Shown here one piece after another: positions 1 through 10,652 of a stretch of 64,000 nucleotides of DNA. This stretch comes from an uncultured Candidatus Babeliaceae bacterium. Its GTDB lineage: Bacteria > Babelota > Babeliae > Babelales > Babelaceae. The notes beneath the pieces are model-generated. The model was given only the letters and a program-made list of their open reading frames with translations. It was not told the DNA's origin and did no database searches. The stretch spans positions 576,001 to 640,000 of the forward strand of contig OY969927.1 of the NCBI GenBank assembly GCA_963704655.1, in the 5' to 3' direction. The translations under genes were made by a program, and so were the position numbers. Numbering within the stretch: position 1 is the stretch's first letter; each line of letters opens with the position of its first letter.

Positions 1-960
1 CGATGCTGTTTTTTGAGAAATAGTAAATGATGCCGCGCCAGCCACTACTACACGCTCAATGTTAACATAGACATTAACCACTTCCCAGAAGGAAACAACA
101 CCCAATATTCCCATAACATAGGGATATTTTACCATAAGGGTAAGTCCTTCAAGGTTCTTTTTCAGGGCATCCCACCAACTAGCTGCAGGCTGTTTCTCTT
201 CTTTTGCATGCTGCTTTTCAAACTTATACGCCGCTTCATAGCCATGCATTGTTTTAGAAGGAACAAAATAAATCATTAATGCAATCAAAACAGGAACAAC
301 AAGAAGCAACCCTGAGGTCATATAAAAAAGAATTTGATGGTTAAATGCATCAGAAAGTAATTGTTGTCCAGTTACTGGATCAATTCGTCTTAACCACCAG
401 CAGGCAAATGTCGTTGCAACAACACCACCAAATTTTGAAGCCGCCACCATAATAGGATAATTACTTTTTGCGGCACTGGGCGAAGTTATAGAGTGGCTGA
501 AGGACCAAAAAAGACCGACCACAAAGGGATTAAAGCCATCCATAAAAAAGTATAAGAGCCAACCAAAAATCCTATCTACGCTTTGCTCAGTATTAGGCAA
601 TCCGATAGTTGGATGGGTAATAAAATAACCGATAACCAAGCCACCAACCCCATAAATTACACTATAAAGTGTCATAAGCTGCGCTCGACGCATAACATCT
701 ACAAGCTTAGAAAAAAGCAAAATTGCAGGAATCAGAAGTATCATTGACCATAACTTAGCAACTGCAAGCGACTCTTTGCCGCCTACAATACTCATAAAAA
801 GAGAGTCTTTAAGCGTACGAACCACCGTATAAGTACCAATAATGCAAAAGAATGAAAGAGAAAGAAGTAAGACTTTTACACGCTCATCTTTTTTAATATA
901 CACCAACTTATTATAAAGTGCGTGTAATGAAAACTTAGAAAATATGCCCTTAAAACCCAT
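1..960 (-). CDS. NTT/TLC family ATP/ADP (nucleotide) translocase, partial (runs off window)
   Basis: Manual translation from ATG at 960: MGFKGIF...FFCIIGTYTVVRTLKDSLF...LFSKLVD...LFWSFSHS; paralogous to the adjacent NTT; not in ORF track because truncated. Confidence 0.85.
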   Translation of the reverse strand, partial: MGFKGIFSKFSLHALYNKLVYIKKDERVKVLLLSLSFFCIIGTYTVVRTLKDSLFMSIVGGKESLAVAKLWSMILLIPAILLFSKLVDVMRRAQLMTLYSVIYGVGGLVIGYFITHPTIGLPNTEQSVDRIFGWLLYFFMDGFNPFVVGLFWSFSHSITSPSAAKSNYPIMVAASKFGGVVATTFACWWLRRIDPVTGQQLLSDAFNHQILFYMTSGLLLVVPVLIALMIYFVPSKTMHGYEAAYKFEKQHAKEEKQPAASWWDALKKNLEGLTLMVKYPYVMGILGVVSFWEVVNVYVNIERVVVAGAASFTISQKTAS

Positions 961-982
961 AATATCCCTTACCCTTAGAAAG

Positions 983-1022
983 ATGGGTTTTCTTATGAAA
1001 CTTTTATCACAAGAAAACCCAT
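983..1022. terminator. Hairpin between the two NTT genes
   Basis: ATGGGTTTTCTT ... AAGAAAACCCAT 12-bp inverted repeat. Confidence 0.55.
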
Positions 1023-1058
1023 TTTATTTACAACATAGTGCTTAACACAAGATGATCA

Positions 1059-2540
1059 TTAACAAACAACGCGTTTTTCGTCGATTGCACTTTTGTATGT
1101 TTTACCAAGATAAAGCGCTACAAAGAACCACATCGCAACCAATCCATAACCAAGAACTGATGCCATTAAAATATAATGTGATTTTCCAACTACATCACCA
1201 AAGACTTTTTGTAATGGTTTGAGCGACATGTTAAATATCGATCCAACTTCTTTAGATCCGCGTGAACCGAATACTTCGATCCATGCTTGAGATTTAAAGC
1301 GAACATCATGAGTTGTTGGGATATAAAGCTGTTTCATAGCAGGACCATTAAGCGCATAGTTAATCGCTTTAGAACCAACCATAAGCCAGAACAAGAATGT
1401 TAAGCTATCAAAGGTAATAAATCCAGTAATTGCACCAGCTACAATAATAGGCATCATAACTAAAGCAACGCCTACGCCAAGTAAACGAGTGATATTACTT
1501 ACACCAAGCAATAAGCAGATCAGTGAAATAATATTAACATATGAACCATATTGACCAAGATACGCATCAAGATCACGGCCTACATAGTGAGTACTTGCAA
1601 GAACTTTGAAATTGAAATCAAAGATAGTAACAATAATCTCATAGCTAGCGATAGCTGCAAAGATGCCCATCAAATACCTATGGCTTAATAATAATTTTAA
1701 CCCTTCAAGGAATCCTGGCTCTTGCTCTTTTTCAGCAGCAGCTTCGTTTTTACCATGAAATGAAGCAAGTAATGCTTTAGGCGTAACTTTTAAGAAGTTT
1801 TTGATTAAAACACCTACTAAACCAATGCTAATTGCGCATACAAAGAAAGAAATTGCACTGGTTGTTTTTAAATATGCTGGAACAAATTGCGCAAATGACA
1901 CTAAAGATGCACCAAAAGGCTTTAAATAATTAGGAATGTTATCAATACTTTCAAACTTTTGTAAAGTCTGTGCTATTGGCGTAACAAACATTGGCCCGAT
2001 GATACCACCAAATTGGCCAATTGCGGTAACAAGATAGAACCCTTTTTTTGCAGAGTTTGAATCTGTTGTATCAGAAGCAAAAGCCCAAAACAATGCCACA
2101 ACCAATGAGCCATAGCTTTCAACAAAAATATAGATCACATAACCCAAAACTTTTGTTAAGTAATATTCAGCGCCTGTATATGAAGCAATAGTTGCTGCAT
2201 CAGCCTGAAATTTACATAATAACAGACCAAATAATAATGCACCACCGGCATAAATAGTTGAAAGAATATAGAACATCTTCTCACGAGAGTATCTGTCCAT
2301 AAGCTTTGTGTAGAACATAACTAATGGGAAAAGCAAAAACAATGAAGCTGTTTTAGCCCAAGGAATATCATGCTTGCTCACAAGATTTATAAAAACTGAA
2401 TCTTTTAAAACGCGAAGTGTCCAATAAGAGCCAATAATAAGAGCAAAAATTAGACCCATACGGAGGAATTTCTTAAACTCTTCTTTTTCAAACTCGCCAA
2501 AAATTGGTCTGAAAATATACTGTAACGCCGGAAGTATCAT
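1059..2540 (-). CDS. NTT/TLC family ATP/ADP (nucleotide) translocase
   Basis: Motifs YWTLRVLKDS, LFWAFA, KAINYAL...KQLYIP, K.Q.WIEVFGSRGSK; about 12 TM helices; likely start MILPAL at 2540 (ORF extends to 2633). Confidence 0.9.
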   Translation of the reverse strand: MILPALQYIFRPIFGEFEKEEFKKFLRMGLIFALIIGSYWTLRVLKDSVFINLVSKHDIPWAKTASLFLLFPLVMFYTKLMDRYSREKMFYILSTIYAGGALLFGLLLCKFQADAATIASYTGAEYYLTKVLGYVIYIFVESYGSLVVALFWAFASDTTDSNSAKKGFYLVTAIGQFGGIIGPMFVTPIAQTLQKFESIDNIPNYLKPFGASLVSFAQFVPAYLKTTSAISFFVCAISIGLVGVLIKNFLKVTPKALLASFHGKNEAAAEKEQEPGFLEGLKLLLSHRYLMGIFAAIASYEIIVTIFDFNFKVLASTHYVGRDLDAYLGQYGSYVNIISLICLLLGVSNITRLLGVGVALVMMPIIVAGAITGFITFDSLTFLFWLMVGSKAINYALNGPAMKQLYIPTTHDVRFKSQAWIEVFGSRGSKEVGSIFNMSLKPLQKVFGDVVGKSHYILMASVLGYGLVAMWFFVALYLGKTYKSAIDEKRVVC

Positions 2541-2741
2541 ACAAAAGTCCTTTTTGTAGGTAAAAAATAAAAAAAGTTTCATATTTATATTACTACGCGA
2601 TTTTTCTTTTGTAAAACTAAAAAACCCGCTCATTTACGTATCAATTTGCCTGTGATAGACTATCTTCATATGCACGATAGAACCCTACCGTAAACTACGC
2701 CGTACCTACGTGTTATAACCTGCGTGTGGAGAATTTAATCT

Positions 2742-5159
2742 ATGATTAACCAAGAAAATAGTGCGTCAGAACGCACCAATAACCATAAAAAACATATTTT
2801 ACCTCTTTTACCCTTAAAAAATGTGGTCATTTTGCCTAAAAGCATTATTCCTATTATTGTAGGAAGACCCTCATCAATTCAAGCGGTAGAACATGCACTT
2901 AAGAATTCAAAAGAAATTTTTATCTCCGCCCAAAAAGATCCTGCCGTAGAAAACCCTACTCAAGATGATGTCTTTGCCTATGGAACCCGTTCTATTATTC
3001 TACAGGTTGTACGTATGCCAAAAGGTGCGCTTAAAATCCTCGTAGAGGGGCTCTCGCGTGCTCGCATGGTCGATTCAGAGATGCAAGATGGCTTTTATTT
3101 GGCAGAATTTATCAATTTACCTACGCCAAACTTTGAACGCACCCTTGAAATTGAAGCGCTCTGGCGCCATTTACATGTATTATATGTACGCTATACGCAG
3201 CTTAATACCAAGATCCCTCAAGATCTCATGGGTAACGCCAAAACGGTCGAAGATATCGACAGTATTGCAGATACGTTTACGATACATATGAATTTAACCT
3301 TTGATGAACGACAAGAGTTACTTGAAATCGTTTCACTTGAAGATCGCCTGGTTCGTCTGGCTCAATTAATGAATAAAGAAATCGATATTCTGGAAACTGA
3401 AGAGCGTATTCGTGGACGCGTACAAACGCAAGTTGAAAAAAATCAACGTGAATATTACCTCAGCGAACAGCTTAAAGCTATTCAAAAAGAACTTGGGAGA
3501 GACGATCAGCATGGTGAAATACAACAACTTCGCACAAAAATAAAAGCCCTAGGGCTGCCTGAAGAACCCGCTGAAAAGGTTGAAAAGGAGCTTAAGCGCC
3601 TTGAACAAATGCCGCCAATGTCATCAGAAGCAGTCGTAAGTCGCAACTATATCGACTGGGTGATATCGCTCCCTTGGACAAAACTAAGTAAAGATACCAT
3701 CAGCTTTGAACAAGCAGAAAAGATATTAAATAAGAGCCATGCTGGCCTTAAAAAGGCTAAAGAGCGCATTATAGAGTTTTTAGCCGCTAAAAAGTTTTCT
3801 AGCTCTCTTGAACGATCGCCCATCATCTGCTTAGTCGGCCCTCCTGGTGTAGGGAAAACCTCACTTGCTGAATCTATAGCAGAAAGTCTTGGACGAGAAT
3901 TTGTACGTATCTCCCTAGGAGGCGTACGTGATGAAGCTGAAATCCGTGGTCACCGCAGAACCTATATTGGGGCGTTGCCTGGCAAAATTTTACAAGCAAT
4001 GCGTAAAGCAAAATTCCACAACCCTGTGATATTACTTGATGAGATCGATAAAATGTCGCAAGACACGCATGGTGATCCAGGCTCTGCGCTCTTAGAAGTT
4101 CTTGACCCAGAACAAAATAAATCATTTGTTGATCACTTTTTAGAACTTGAATACGATCTTTCTAAGGTGATGTTTATTACCACCGCAAACCACCTAGAGG
4201 GGATTCCGTATCCGCTTTTTGATCGCATGGAGATCATATCTCTTTCTGGTTATACCGACGATGAAAAAGTCTCTATTGCACATGATTTTCTTGTTCCAAA
4301 AAATCTCAAAGAATACGGCCTGAAAAAGACTCAGTGCAAAATAAGCGATGAAATACTCAAAATTATTATTAGTGATTACACAAAAGAGTCTGGAGTTAGA
4401 CAACTTGATCGCACCATTGCAAAAATTATGCGCAAAGTTATTCAACAGCTTTTGTTAAACTCAAAAACAAAATCAGTTACCGTCACACCTGAATTAGTTA
4501 AAGTGTGGTTGGGAAATACCAAATACAGAAGAACTGATCTTGAAGTTGGGATACCTAAAATCGGCTTAGCAACGGGGCTCGCTTGGACTGAAATGGGGGG
4601 GGATGTGCTTGAAATCGAAGCTACCGTAATGCCTGGCAAAGGAAGCATCAACCTTACCGGACAACTCGGTGATGTTATGCAAGAGTCTGCACATGCGGCA
4701 CTCAGCTATATTCGTTCACGAGCAGTTGATCTTGGCCTGCCGGCTAGCTTTAACCAGACACGTGACATCCATATCCATATACCAGAAGGCGCAACCCCTA
4801 AAGATGGCCCTTCAGCTGGTATTACTATGTGCACAGCACTGATATCTGCGCTTACAAAAAATCCCATTAATCCGCGTGTTGCTATGACCGGTGAGATCAC
4901 GTTACGTGGCCGTGTGTTAGGGGTAGGTGGGCTTAAAGAGAAAATTCTTGCTGGGCACCAGCACAAAATTTCAACGATATTGCTTCCTTATGAAAATAAA
5001 GATGATGTCGAAGAATTTATTAAAGATATACCAAGCGATTTAAAGCTCATATACGTCAAAACGATCGACGAAGTGCTTAAACTTGCACTCACGAAAAATC
5101 CATTTTCACGGCCTATGAAGCAGGCAAAGAAAAAAAGTAAAACAACACAATCTAAATAA
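2742..5159 (+). CDS. lon: Lon protease
   Basis: Walker A GPPGVGKTS, RRTYIGALPG, catalytic PKDGPSAG. Confidence 0.98.
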   Translation: MINQENSASERTNNHKKHILPLLPLKNVVILPKSIIPIIVGRPSSIQAVEHALKNSKEIFISAQKDPAVENPTQDDVFAYGTRSIILQVVRMPKGALKILVEGLSRARMVDSEMQDGFYLAEFINLPTPNFERTLEIEALWRHLHVLYVRYTQLNTKIPQDLMGNAKTVEDIDSIADTFTIHMNLTFDERQELLEIVSLEDRLVRLAQLMNKEIDILETEERIRGRVQTQVEKNQREYYLSEQLKAIQKELGRDDQHGEIQQLRTKIKALGLPEEPAEKVEKELKRLEQMPPMSSEAVVSRNYIDWVISLPWTKLSKDTISFEQAEKILNKSHAGLKKAKERIIEFLAAKKFSSSLERSPIICLVGPPGVGKTSLAESIAESLGREFVRISLGGVRDEAEIRGHRRTYIGALPGKILQAMRKAKFHNPVILLDEIDKMSQDTHGDPGSALLEVLDPEQNKSFVDHFLELEYDLSKVMFITTANHLEGIPYPLFDRMEIISLSGYTDDEKVSIAHDFLVPKNLKEYGLKKTQCKISDEILKIIISDYTKESGVRQLDRTIAKIMRKVIQQLLLNSKTKSVTVTPELVKVWLGNTKYRRTDLEVGIPKIGLATGLAWTEMGGDVLEIEATVMPGKGSINLTGQLGDVMQESAHAALSYIRSRAVDLGLPASFNQTRDIHIHIPEGATPKDGPSAGITMCTALISALTKNPINPRVAMTGEITLRGRVLGVGGLKEKILAGHQHKISTILLPYENKDDVEEFIKDIPSDLKLIYVKTIDEVLKLALTKNPFSRPMKQAKKKSKTTQSK

Positions 5160-5182
5160 ACCACCCTAGAAAGGTTAATTTA

Positions 5183-5356
5183 ATGAAATATTTATCACTT
5201 GCATTAGTCGTTACACTTTCTGCACTTACTTTTGTTGGTTGCAAAAAAAAGGCGGAACCAGCAAAACCACAACCAGTTGCTGAACAAACTGCTGAGCGTG
5301 TTTCAGGCACACATAGCGCGGTTGATATCGTTTGGGAAGAGATTGACCTTAAGTAA
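5183..5356 (+). CDS. 57-aa lipoprotein
   Basis: MKYLSLALVVTLSALTFVGC-KKKAEPAK...WEEIDLK; lipobox FVGC, upstream AAAGG RBS, downstream terminator; absent from ORF track. Confidence 0.75.
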   Translation: MKYLSLALVVTLSALTFVGCKKKAEPAKPQPVAEQTAERVSGTHSAVDIVWEEIDLK

Positions 5357-5383
5357 AAAAAGATATTTTTATTAGATAATCTC

Positions 5384-5416
5384 AAGGGAGCCTTCAAAAA
5401 GCTCCCTTTATTTTTT
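5384..5416 (+). terminator. Intrinsic terminator
   Basis: AAGGGAGC...GCTCCCTT followed by T-rich tract. Confidence 0.65.
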
Positions 5417-5451
5417 ATACTGAAAGTAGATTTTCAAAAAAAGGGTACTTA

Positions 5452-6492
5452 ATGCATATACTTTCAAAAAAAATAGCTAAACAAATATTCTTTTGTTTAA
5501 CTCTCTGTATTTCTTTTTCTTTACAAACATATGTAGAAAAACTCTTATATACGACGTTTAAAATCACAGACACGCGTATTCTTCGTATTATCAATTCACA
5601 ATGTTTTCAGCGATTATATGATATTAAACAATATGGCATAGACTCAAAAGTACTTCCCAAACGCAAAAATTCAGAGGTATATAATCGCGCACACCATTCA
5701 CTGGGAGTACTTTATCTTTTGCAGCGATACAAGGCGCCTTTTGTAGAACAAGTTGCTGGCACTTGCCATGATGCTTCACATACGGCATTCTCTCATGGAG
5801 GCGATGAAGTTTTTAGGCATAAGGATGGCAAAGATTCATATCAAGATGTTCACCATTTAAAATTTTTAAGCAAAACAGATATTCCTACAGCTTTGCAAAG
5901 CTGTGGCTTAACACTTGCCGATATCGACCATAAAAATCCTGCATTTACCTGCCTAGAGCAGCCACTTCCGGATATCTGCGCGGACCGCCTGGAATACAAT
6001 CTTGCAGGCGGTGTTTTGGAGAATCTTATAACCTCACAAGAAGCGCTAGAAATTTTAGAGCATTTAAATTTTGAAAATAGCACATGGTACTTTACCGATG
6101 CATATCACGCCAAAAAATTTGCTACAATTTCATTGTGGCACACCGAGCATGTTTGGGGCTCACAAATGAGCCATTATGTTTCTAACGAATTAGCACAAGC
6201 TATTAGAACAGCTTTTGAACTCGATATTCTCACCCATGAAGAATTTATATATGGCACCGATGAGACTGTATGGCAAAAGCTCCGCTCATGTAATAGCGCA
6301 GAAATAAATAACCATATACAAAAATTAATGCACGCACATGAACATGAAACAGAAATGAATAAACAACCAAGAAATAATAAGTTTAGGGGCATTAACCCCT
6401 GGGTTCTTGTAAATGGAGAGCTTAAACGTCTTACTGAACTCGATAAAGAATTTGAAAAAGAGTACAATCGCGTAAAAGCTGAATCGCATTAA
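5452..6492 (+). CDS. HD-domain phosphohydrolase (dNTPase-like) with N-terminal signal-like segment
   Basis: FQRL..IKQ.G, RAHHSLGV, HDASHTAFSH, ADRLEY motifs. Confidence 0.85.
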   Translation: MHILSKKIAKQIFFCLTLCISFSLQTYVEKLLYTTFKITDTRILRIINSQCFQRLYDIKQYGIDSKVLPKRKNSEVYNRAHHSLGVLYLLQRYKAPFVEQVAGTCHDASHTAFSHGGDEVFRHKDGKDSYQDVHHLKFLSKTDIPTALQSCGLTLADIDHKNPAFTCLEQPLPDICADRLEYNLAGGVLENLITSQEALEILEHLNFENSTWYFTDAYHAKKFATISLWHTEHVWGSQMSHYVSNELAQAIRTAFELDILTHEEFIYGTDETVWQKLRSCNSAEINNHIQKLMHAHEHETEMNKQPRNNKFRGINPWVLVNGELKRLTELDKEFEKEYNRVKAESH

Positions 6493-6500
6493 AAAATATC

Positions 6501-7121
6501 TTAGGATATTTTTAACTCAGTCATTTTCCAAGAGCCGTCAGCTAATGGCTCGAAATGCCAAATTACATCGTGCGGGATATCTTTAACTTCACACCCTAAT
6601 AACTTACCAATACAGCGCAAATTATTTGAATGAGCAACAATGCAGGGTCGGCCCGGTTCAGATAAAATTTCACGCAAAACGCGCTCTGTACGCTGCTTAA
6701 ATAGATCTTTATTTTCCATTGCCGCATCTATCACATCACGACTTAACTGCTTCCATTCTTTTTCAGTAATACCTTCAAGCGAACCTTTGCCCTGCTCCTG
6801 TAAATCATCAAAGCTATACTCAAACAGATTACGTGAACTATTCAAAATTTTCATAGTTTCAAATGCTCGAGATAGCGTACTGCTACAGAAATGGGTAATT
6901 GGTAATGTTTCGCATAAAGGCCGAAGTTTGCGAACCTGTTCGCGCCCAGTATCATTTAATGGGATATCTGCTTTCCCCTGCTGCTTTGACAACATATTCC
7001 ACTCTGTCATGCCATGACGAACAAAATAAAATGGCTTGCAGGATATTTTTTCAGCATCACAAGCCAAGATAGAATACGAAATAGAATAAAAGATAATACC
7101 TAATAATACATTTATACGCAT
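6501..7121 (-). CDS. Histidine phosphatase (phosphoglycerate mutase family) with signal peptide
   Basis: FVRHGMTEWN, DIPLNDTG..Q, SS.LSRA.ET, IVAH. Confidence 0.88.
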   Translation of the reverse strand: MRINVLLGIIFYSISYSILACDAEKISCKPFYFVRHGMTEWNMLSKQQGKADIPLNDTGREQVRKLRPLCETLPITHFCSSTLSRAFETMKILNSSRNLFEYSFDDLQEQGKGSLEGITEKEWKQLSRDVIDAAMENKDLFKQRTERVLREILSEPGRPCIVAHSNNLRCIGKLLGCEVKDIPHDVIWHFEPLADGSWKMTELKIS

Positions 7122-7357
7122 AAAAAGTCACCCGAACTCAATAAAAAATCTAGTTTTCCTTCCTAAAAAGTATATCACGCCCAAGAAAATATGGCAAATA
7201 GAATAAAATGAGCCAACTAAAGTGGGTATAAAAACCAAAAGCTCATCAACAACAATGAGATTATTGAATAAAAAGGCTAAACGTTTACACTATATAATTA
7301 AAGTTGGGATGATTTATACACCCCATTTATTTAGTAAACTATCGATATCAATTTTTT

Positions 7358-8356
7358 ATGAAAACAGTATTTCACCATACATTCTTAATGCTATTATTCT
7401 GCTTCTCTGTTTCTACTGAATGCATGCAGGAAAGAAATCTCTTCACCCTACTTAAGCAACGCGAAACCTTCGGACGAACTGATACTAAAAAAATAAAAAA
7501 TAGTATAGCAACGATGCAACACCCCGAGGTAGTTGATACATTACGCAAAATTGATATATGGGAAGATGTTATGCCCGCCATCCCGATAGAATATGTTCCT
7601 GACGAATCAGCTTCATTTGAAGATAATATCCTAATGGATATTATACCCCCAGCACTACATGATAAAACACATGAATTTAAAACAGCGATCGCAGAAAAAT
7701 TAACTAGCCGTTTGCATATCGCGCCTGTTGATAAATTATTTGCAATAGCATTGGTAGAAGCAGGAGCACACCCAGATATATTCTTAAAACATAATTTTTA
7801 CTTAAATGAATACAATTACACAAACGCACTTTTGACGCGGGGAGGTAATCCTAATATTTTTATCGAAGAATTTAATTATGGATATGATGTGCATGAAAAT
7901 CAACCTTTATTATTTAGTGCAGAAAAGCTTACATTAATCAAACTTATGATATTGCATGGCGCCAATATACACGCAAGAAGCTCTATATCACGCGAAACAA
8001 TATTGCATGCCGCAGCGAATAATCAAATTTTATCAGCTGAAATTTTATTATTTTATATAAGAAACAACATTAATGTTAATGCAAAAGATGCTTTTGGTTC
8101 AACGCCACTTGAGGTTTTGATACTTAATAAAGAAAGCTATGTGGGTGGATACAAAAAAAGATTGCCTGACGTGGTAAATATTTTACTTAATAATGGGGCT
8201 CATTATAAAAGAGCATTAAAACTTGTTGAAGAAAAGCTAAAAGAACCATTTCCAATACTTTATACAAACAAATGTAGAATATTATACGATATTTTGACCA
8301 AACATGATGCATATGCAGAAGAAGCATATCGATTAAGAAATATAACTCTAGATTGA
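7358..8356 (+). CDS. Secreted ankyrin-repeat protein
   Basis: HGANIHA...ETILHAAA, INVNAKDAFGSTPL, LLNNGA; N-terminal signal peptide. Confidence 0.8.
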   Translation: MKTVFHHTFLMLLFCFSVSTECMQERNLFTLLKQRETFGRTDTKKIKNSIATMQHPEVVDTLRKIDIWEDVMPAIPIEYVPDESASFEDNILMDIIPPALHDKTHEFKTAIAEKLTSRLHIAPVDKLFAIALVEAGAHPDIFLKHNFYLNEYNYTNALLTRGGNPNIFIEEFNYGYDVHENQPLLFSAEKLTLIKLMILHGANIHARSSISRETILHAAANNQILSAEILLFYIRNNINVNAKDAFGSTPLEVLILNKESYVGGYKKRLPDVVNILLNNGAHYKRALKLVEEKLKEPFPILYTNKCRILYDILTKHDAYAEEAYRLRNITLD

Positions 8357-8451
8357 AACTGAACCATGATTTGCGGGCGACTATAGCCAAAAACTCAAAT
8401 TTTGCATATACTCAATTGTTATAAAAAATAACCTTTAACCAGTGAAAAAAT

Positions 8452-9360
8452 ATGTTATTTCTCGTAATTCTTTTGTATGCACTTTTTGGCTTTACCTTCA
8501 CGCTAGGTAAAATAGTACTCTTTTATGCATCACCTTTTTTTGTTGTAGCAACACGCATGATTATCGGTGGGCTTGCATTAGGCGCCTATTTAACCTGGTA
8601 CCATAAAATTAAATGTTGGCCGGCAAGAAAAGATTTTTGGCTCTATGTACAATTTGTATTTTTTAACATCTGTATCTTTTACGGTGCCCGTTCATGGTCA
8701 CTCCAGTACCTGACAACGTCAAAAGCAGCATTATTAATGAACTTATCACCCTTTTTCACTGCTCTTTTAGCTTTCTTTTTTCTTAAAGAACGCCTTACCA
8801 TATTAAAAGCTCTCGGACTGGTTATCGGATTTTCGGGGATGTTGCCTGTGCTTATTGCACAAAGCTCCCCTGAAGAGAATATCTGGGGAAGTATTGCTTA
8901 TTTTTCAACCCCTGAACTGATTATGATTTTTGCCGTAGCCTGCTTAAGTTATAGTATGATTGTTATGCAAAAGCTCGTTAAACATCGTGGCGTAAGCCCA
9001 ATATTAGTAAATACTATTTGCATGGTCTCTGGCGGTGCAGCTATGGGGATCACTTCAATTGCAAGTGCTGAAAAAATGATATTTGGCGACCCGGTGCTTT
9101 TTTGGAGTGTTATCGGCATGCAAATTATTGTAAGTAATATTTTGTGTTCAAATTTACAAGCGTTCTTACTGCGAAGCTATTCAACAACATTTTTAGCATT
9201 TGCAAGCTTTATCTCGCCATTATGTGCATTAGGCTATGGCGCATTACTCTTAAATGAGGTTATCACGTGGCACTTTTTTGCATCATTTTTTATTGTCATT
9301 GTTGGACTTTCGATTTTTTATCTTGATGATATTAGACAAGGGAAATTAACTGCCGTATGA
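8452..9360 (+). CDS. DMT/EamA family transporter
   Basis: About 10 TM helices, SPFFTALLAFFFLKE motif, two EamA halves. Confidence 0.88.
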   Translation: MLFLVILLYALFGFTFTLGKIVLFYASPFFVVATRMIIGGLALGAYLTWYHKIKCWPARKDFWLYVQFVFFNICIFYGARSWSLQYLTTSKAALLMNLSPFFTALLAFFFLKERLTILKALGLVIGFSGMLPVLIAQSSPEENIWGSIAYFSTPELIMIFAVACLSYSMIVMQKLVKHRGVSPILVNTICMVSGGAAMGITSIASAEKMIFGDPVLFWSVIGMQIIVSNILCSNLQAFLLRSYSTTFLAFASFISPLCALGYGALLLNEVITWHFFASFFIVIVGLSIFYLDDIRQGKLTAV

Positions 9361-10622
9361 ACTTTACAGGATTACATATCGGCGTCTGGGGAACTGGTGT
9401 TGTTGGCACCAGCGCGTTACATTTTTTTAAGAAAAATGACGCTATAGTATCTGTTTATGATACTAAGCCACTTTCAGAAGATACCAAAAAGTTCTGTCTA
9501 GAAAATAACATTTCACTTTATGAGCCTGAGAAATTAGAAGATTTTTTAAAAAAATGTAACTATATTTTACCCAGTGCAGGGATTAATCTTAAGCCCTATC
9601 AGGAATATAGCAGTAAATTTTTAAGCGAAGTTGATATTTTTTTTGAACGTTACAGAAAACCGATTATTGCTATTACCGGCACGATTGGCAAAACAACTGT
9701 TACCCATGCGCTACAAAAAATGCTTGAATTTTATGGTTATCGTATTCAGGTTGGCGGTAATATTGGAGTAGGATTATTTGATCTTTTAGATAATCAAGAA
9801 TCATATGATTACGCAGTGCTTGAGCTTTCTAGCTTTCAGCTTGAAAACACCAAAAACTTTTCACCGGATATTGCGATTTGGACAAACTTGTTTGCAAACC
9901 ATCTTGATCGCCATGGCACAATGGAAGAATACTTCTTAGCAAAATTTCCTATTTTAAAAAAACAGACAAATACTCAGCATGCGCTTATACACGATTCTGT
10001 TAAAAAATATCTGCAAGAATACTCAGTTAAAAATTCTGTAAAATATTTTGATTCGCAACTTTCAAAAAATATACAAGAATTAATTATTGAACAAAAAACA
10101 CACACAGATCATTATATTATTTTATATGAACTGGCACAGATACTTAATCTTGATATAACAAAATTACGTGACTTTTTTAATTCACTCGAAACACCAGCAC
10201 ATCGCGTACAATATCTTGGTAATTTTCATGGCGTAGATTTTTATGACGATTCTAAATCAACAGTGGTTGAAGCAACGCAAGGCGCCTTAACAAGATTTAC
10301 CGATAAACCTGTGATTCTCTTTTTCGGGGGTGTCAGCAAAGGCGTATCGCGTGAACATTTTTTTCATAATCTACCCGTTAACATTAAGCATATATGCTTG
10401 TTTGGTAAAGAAGCAGCAGAGTTGCAAAAATTATGCACGAAAACTTCTACACCAAGCTCCGAACATGCAACACTTGAAGGAGCATTCGCTCACTGCATTT
10501 CGCTTATAAAACCTGGAGATGTTGTGCTCTTTTCACCCGCCGGCGCAAGCTTTGATCTTTTTACCGACTACAAACATCGCGGAAAAAGATTTCAAGAACT
10601 TGTTAGAAATTGTATACGATAA
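9357..10622 (+). CDS. murD: UDP-MurNAc-L-Ala:D-Glu ligase
   Basis: ITGTIGKTT, GGNIG, LELSSFQLE, NHLDRHG, DDSKST, SPAGASFDLF. Confidence 0.95.
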   Translation: MNFTGLHIGVWGTGVVGTSALHFFKKNDAIVSVYDTKPLSEDTKKFCLENNISLYEPEKLEDFLKKCNYILPSAGINLKPYQEYSSKFLSEVDIFFERYRKPIIAITGTIGKTTVTHALQKMLEFYGYRIQVGGNIGVGLFDLLDNQESYDYAVLELSSFQLENTKNFSPDIAIWTNLFANHLDRHGTMEEYFLAKFPILKKQTNTQHALIHDSVKKYLQEYSVKNSVKYFDSQLSKNIQELIIEQKTHTDHYIILYELAQILNLDITKLRDFFNSLETPAHRVQYLGNFHGVDFYDDSKSTVVEATQGALTRFTDKPVILFFGGVSKGVSREHFFHNLPVNIKHICLFGKEAAELQKLCTKTSTPSSEHATLEGAFAHCISLIKPGDVVLFSPAGASFDLFTDYKHRGKRFQELVRNCIR

Positions 10623-10652
10623 TTAAGCTCATTTATTATAAGAAAGACATGT

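Noticed and set aside
5152-5397. 81-aa minus-strand ORF
   Set aside because: Antisense shadow of the 57-aa lipoprotein
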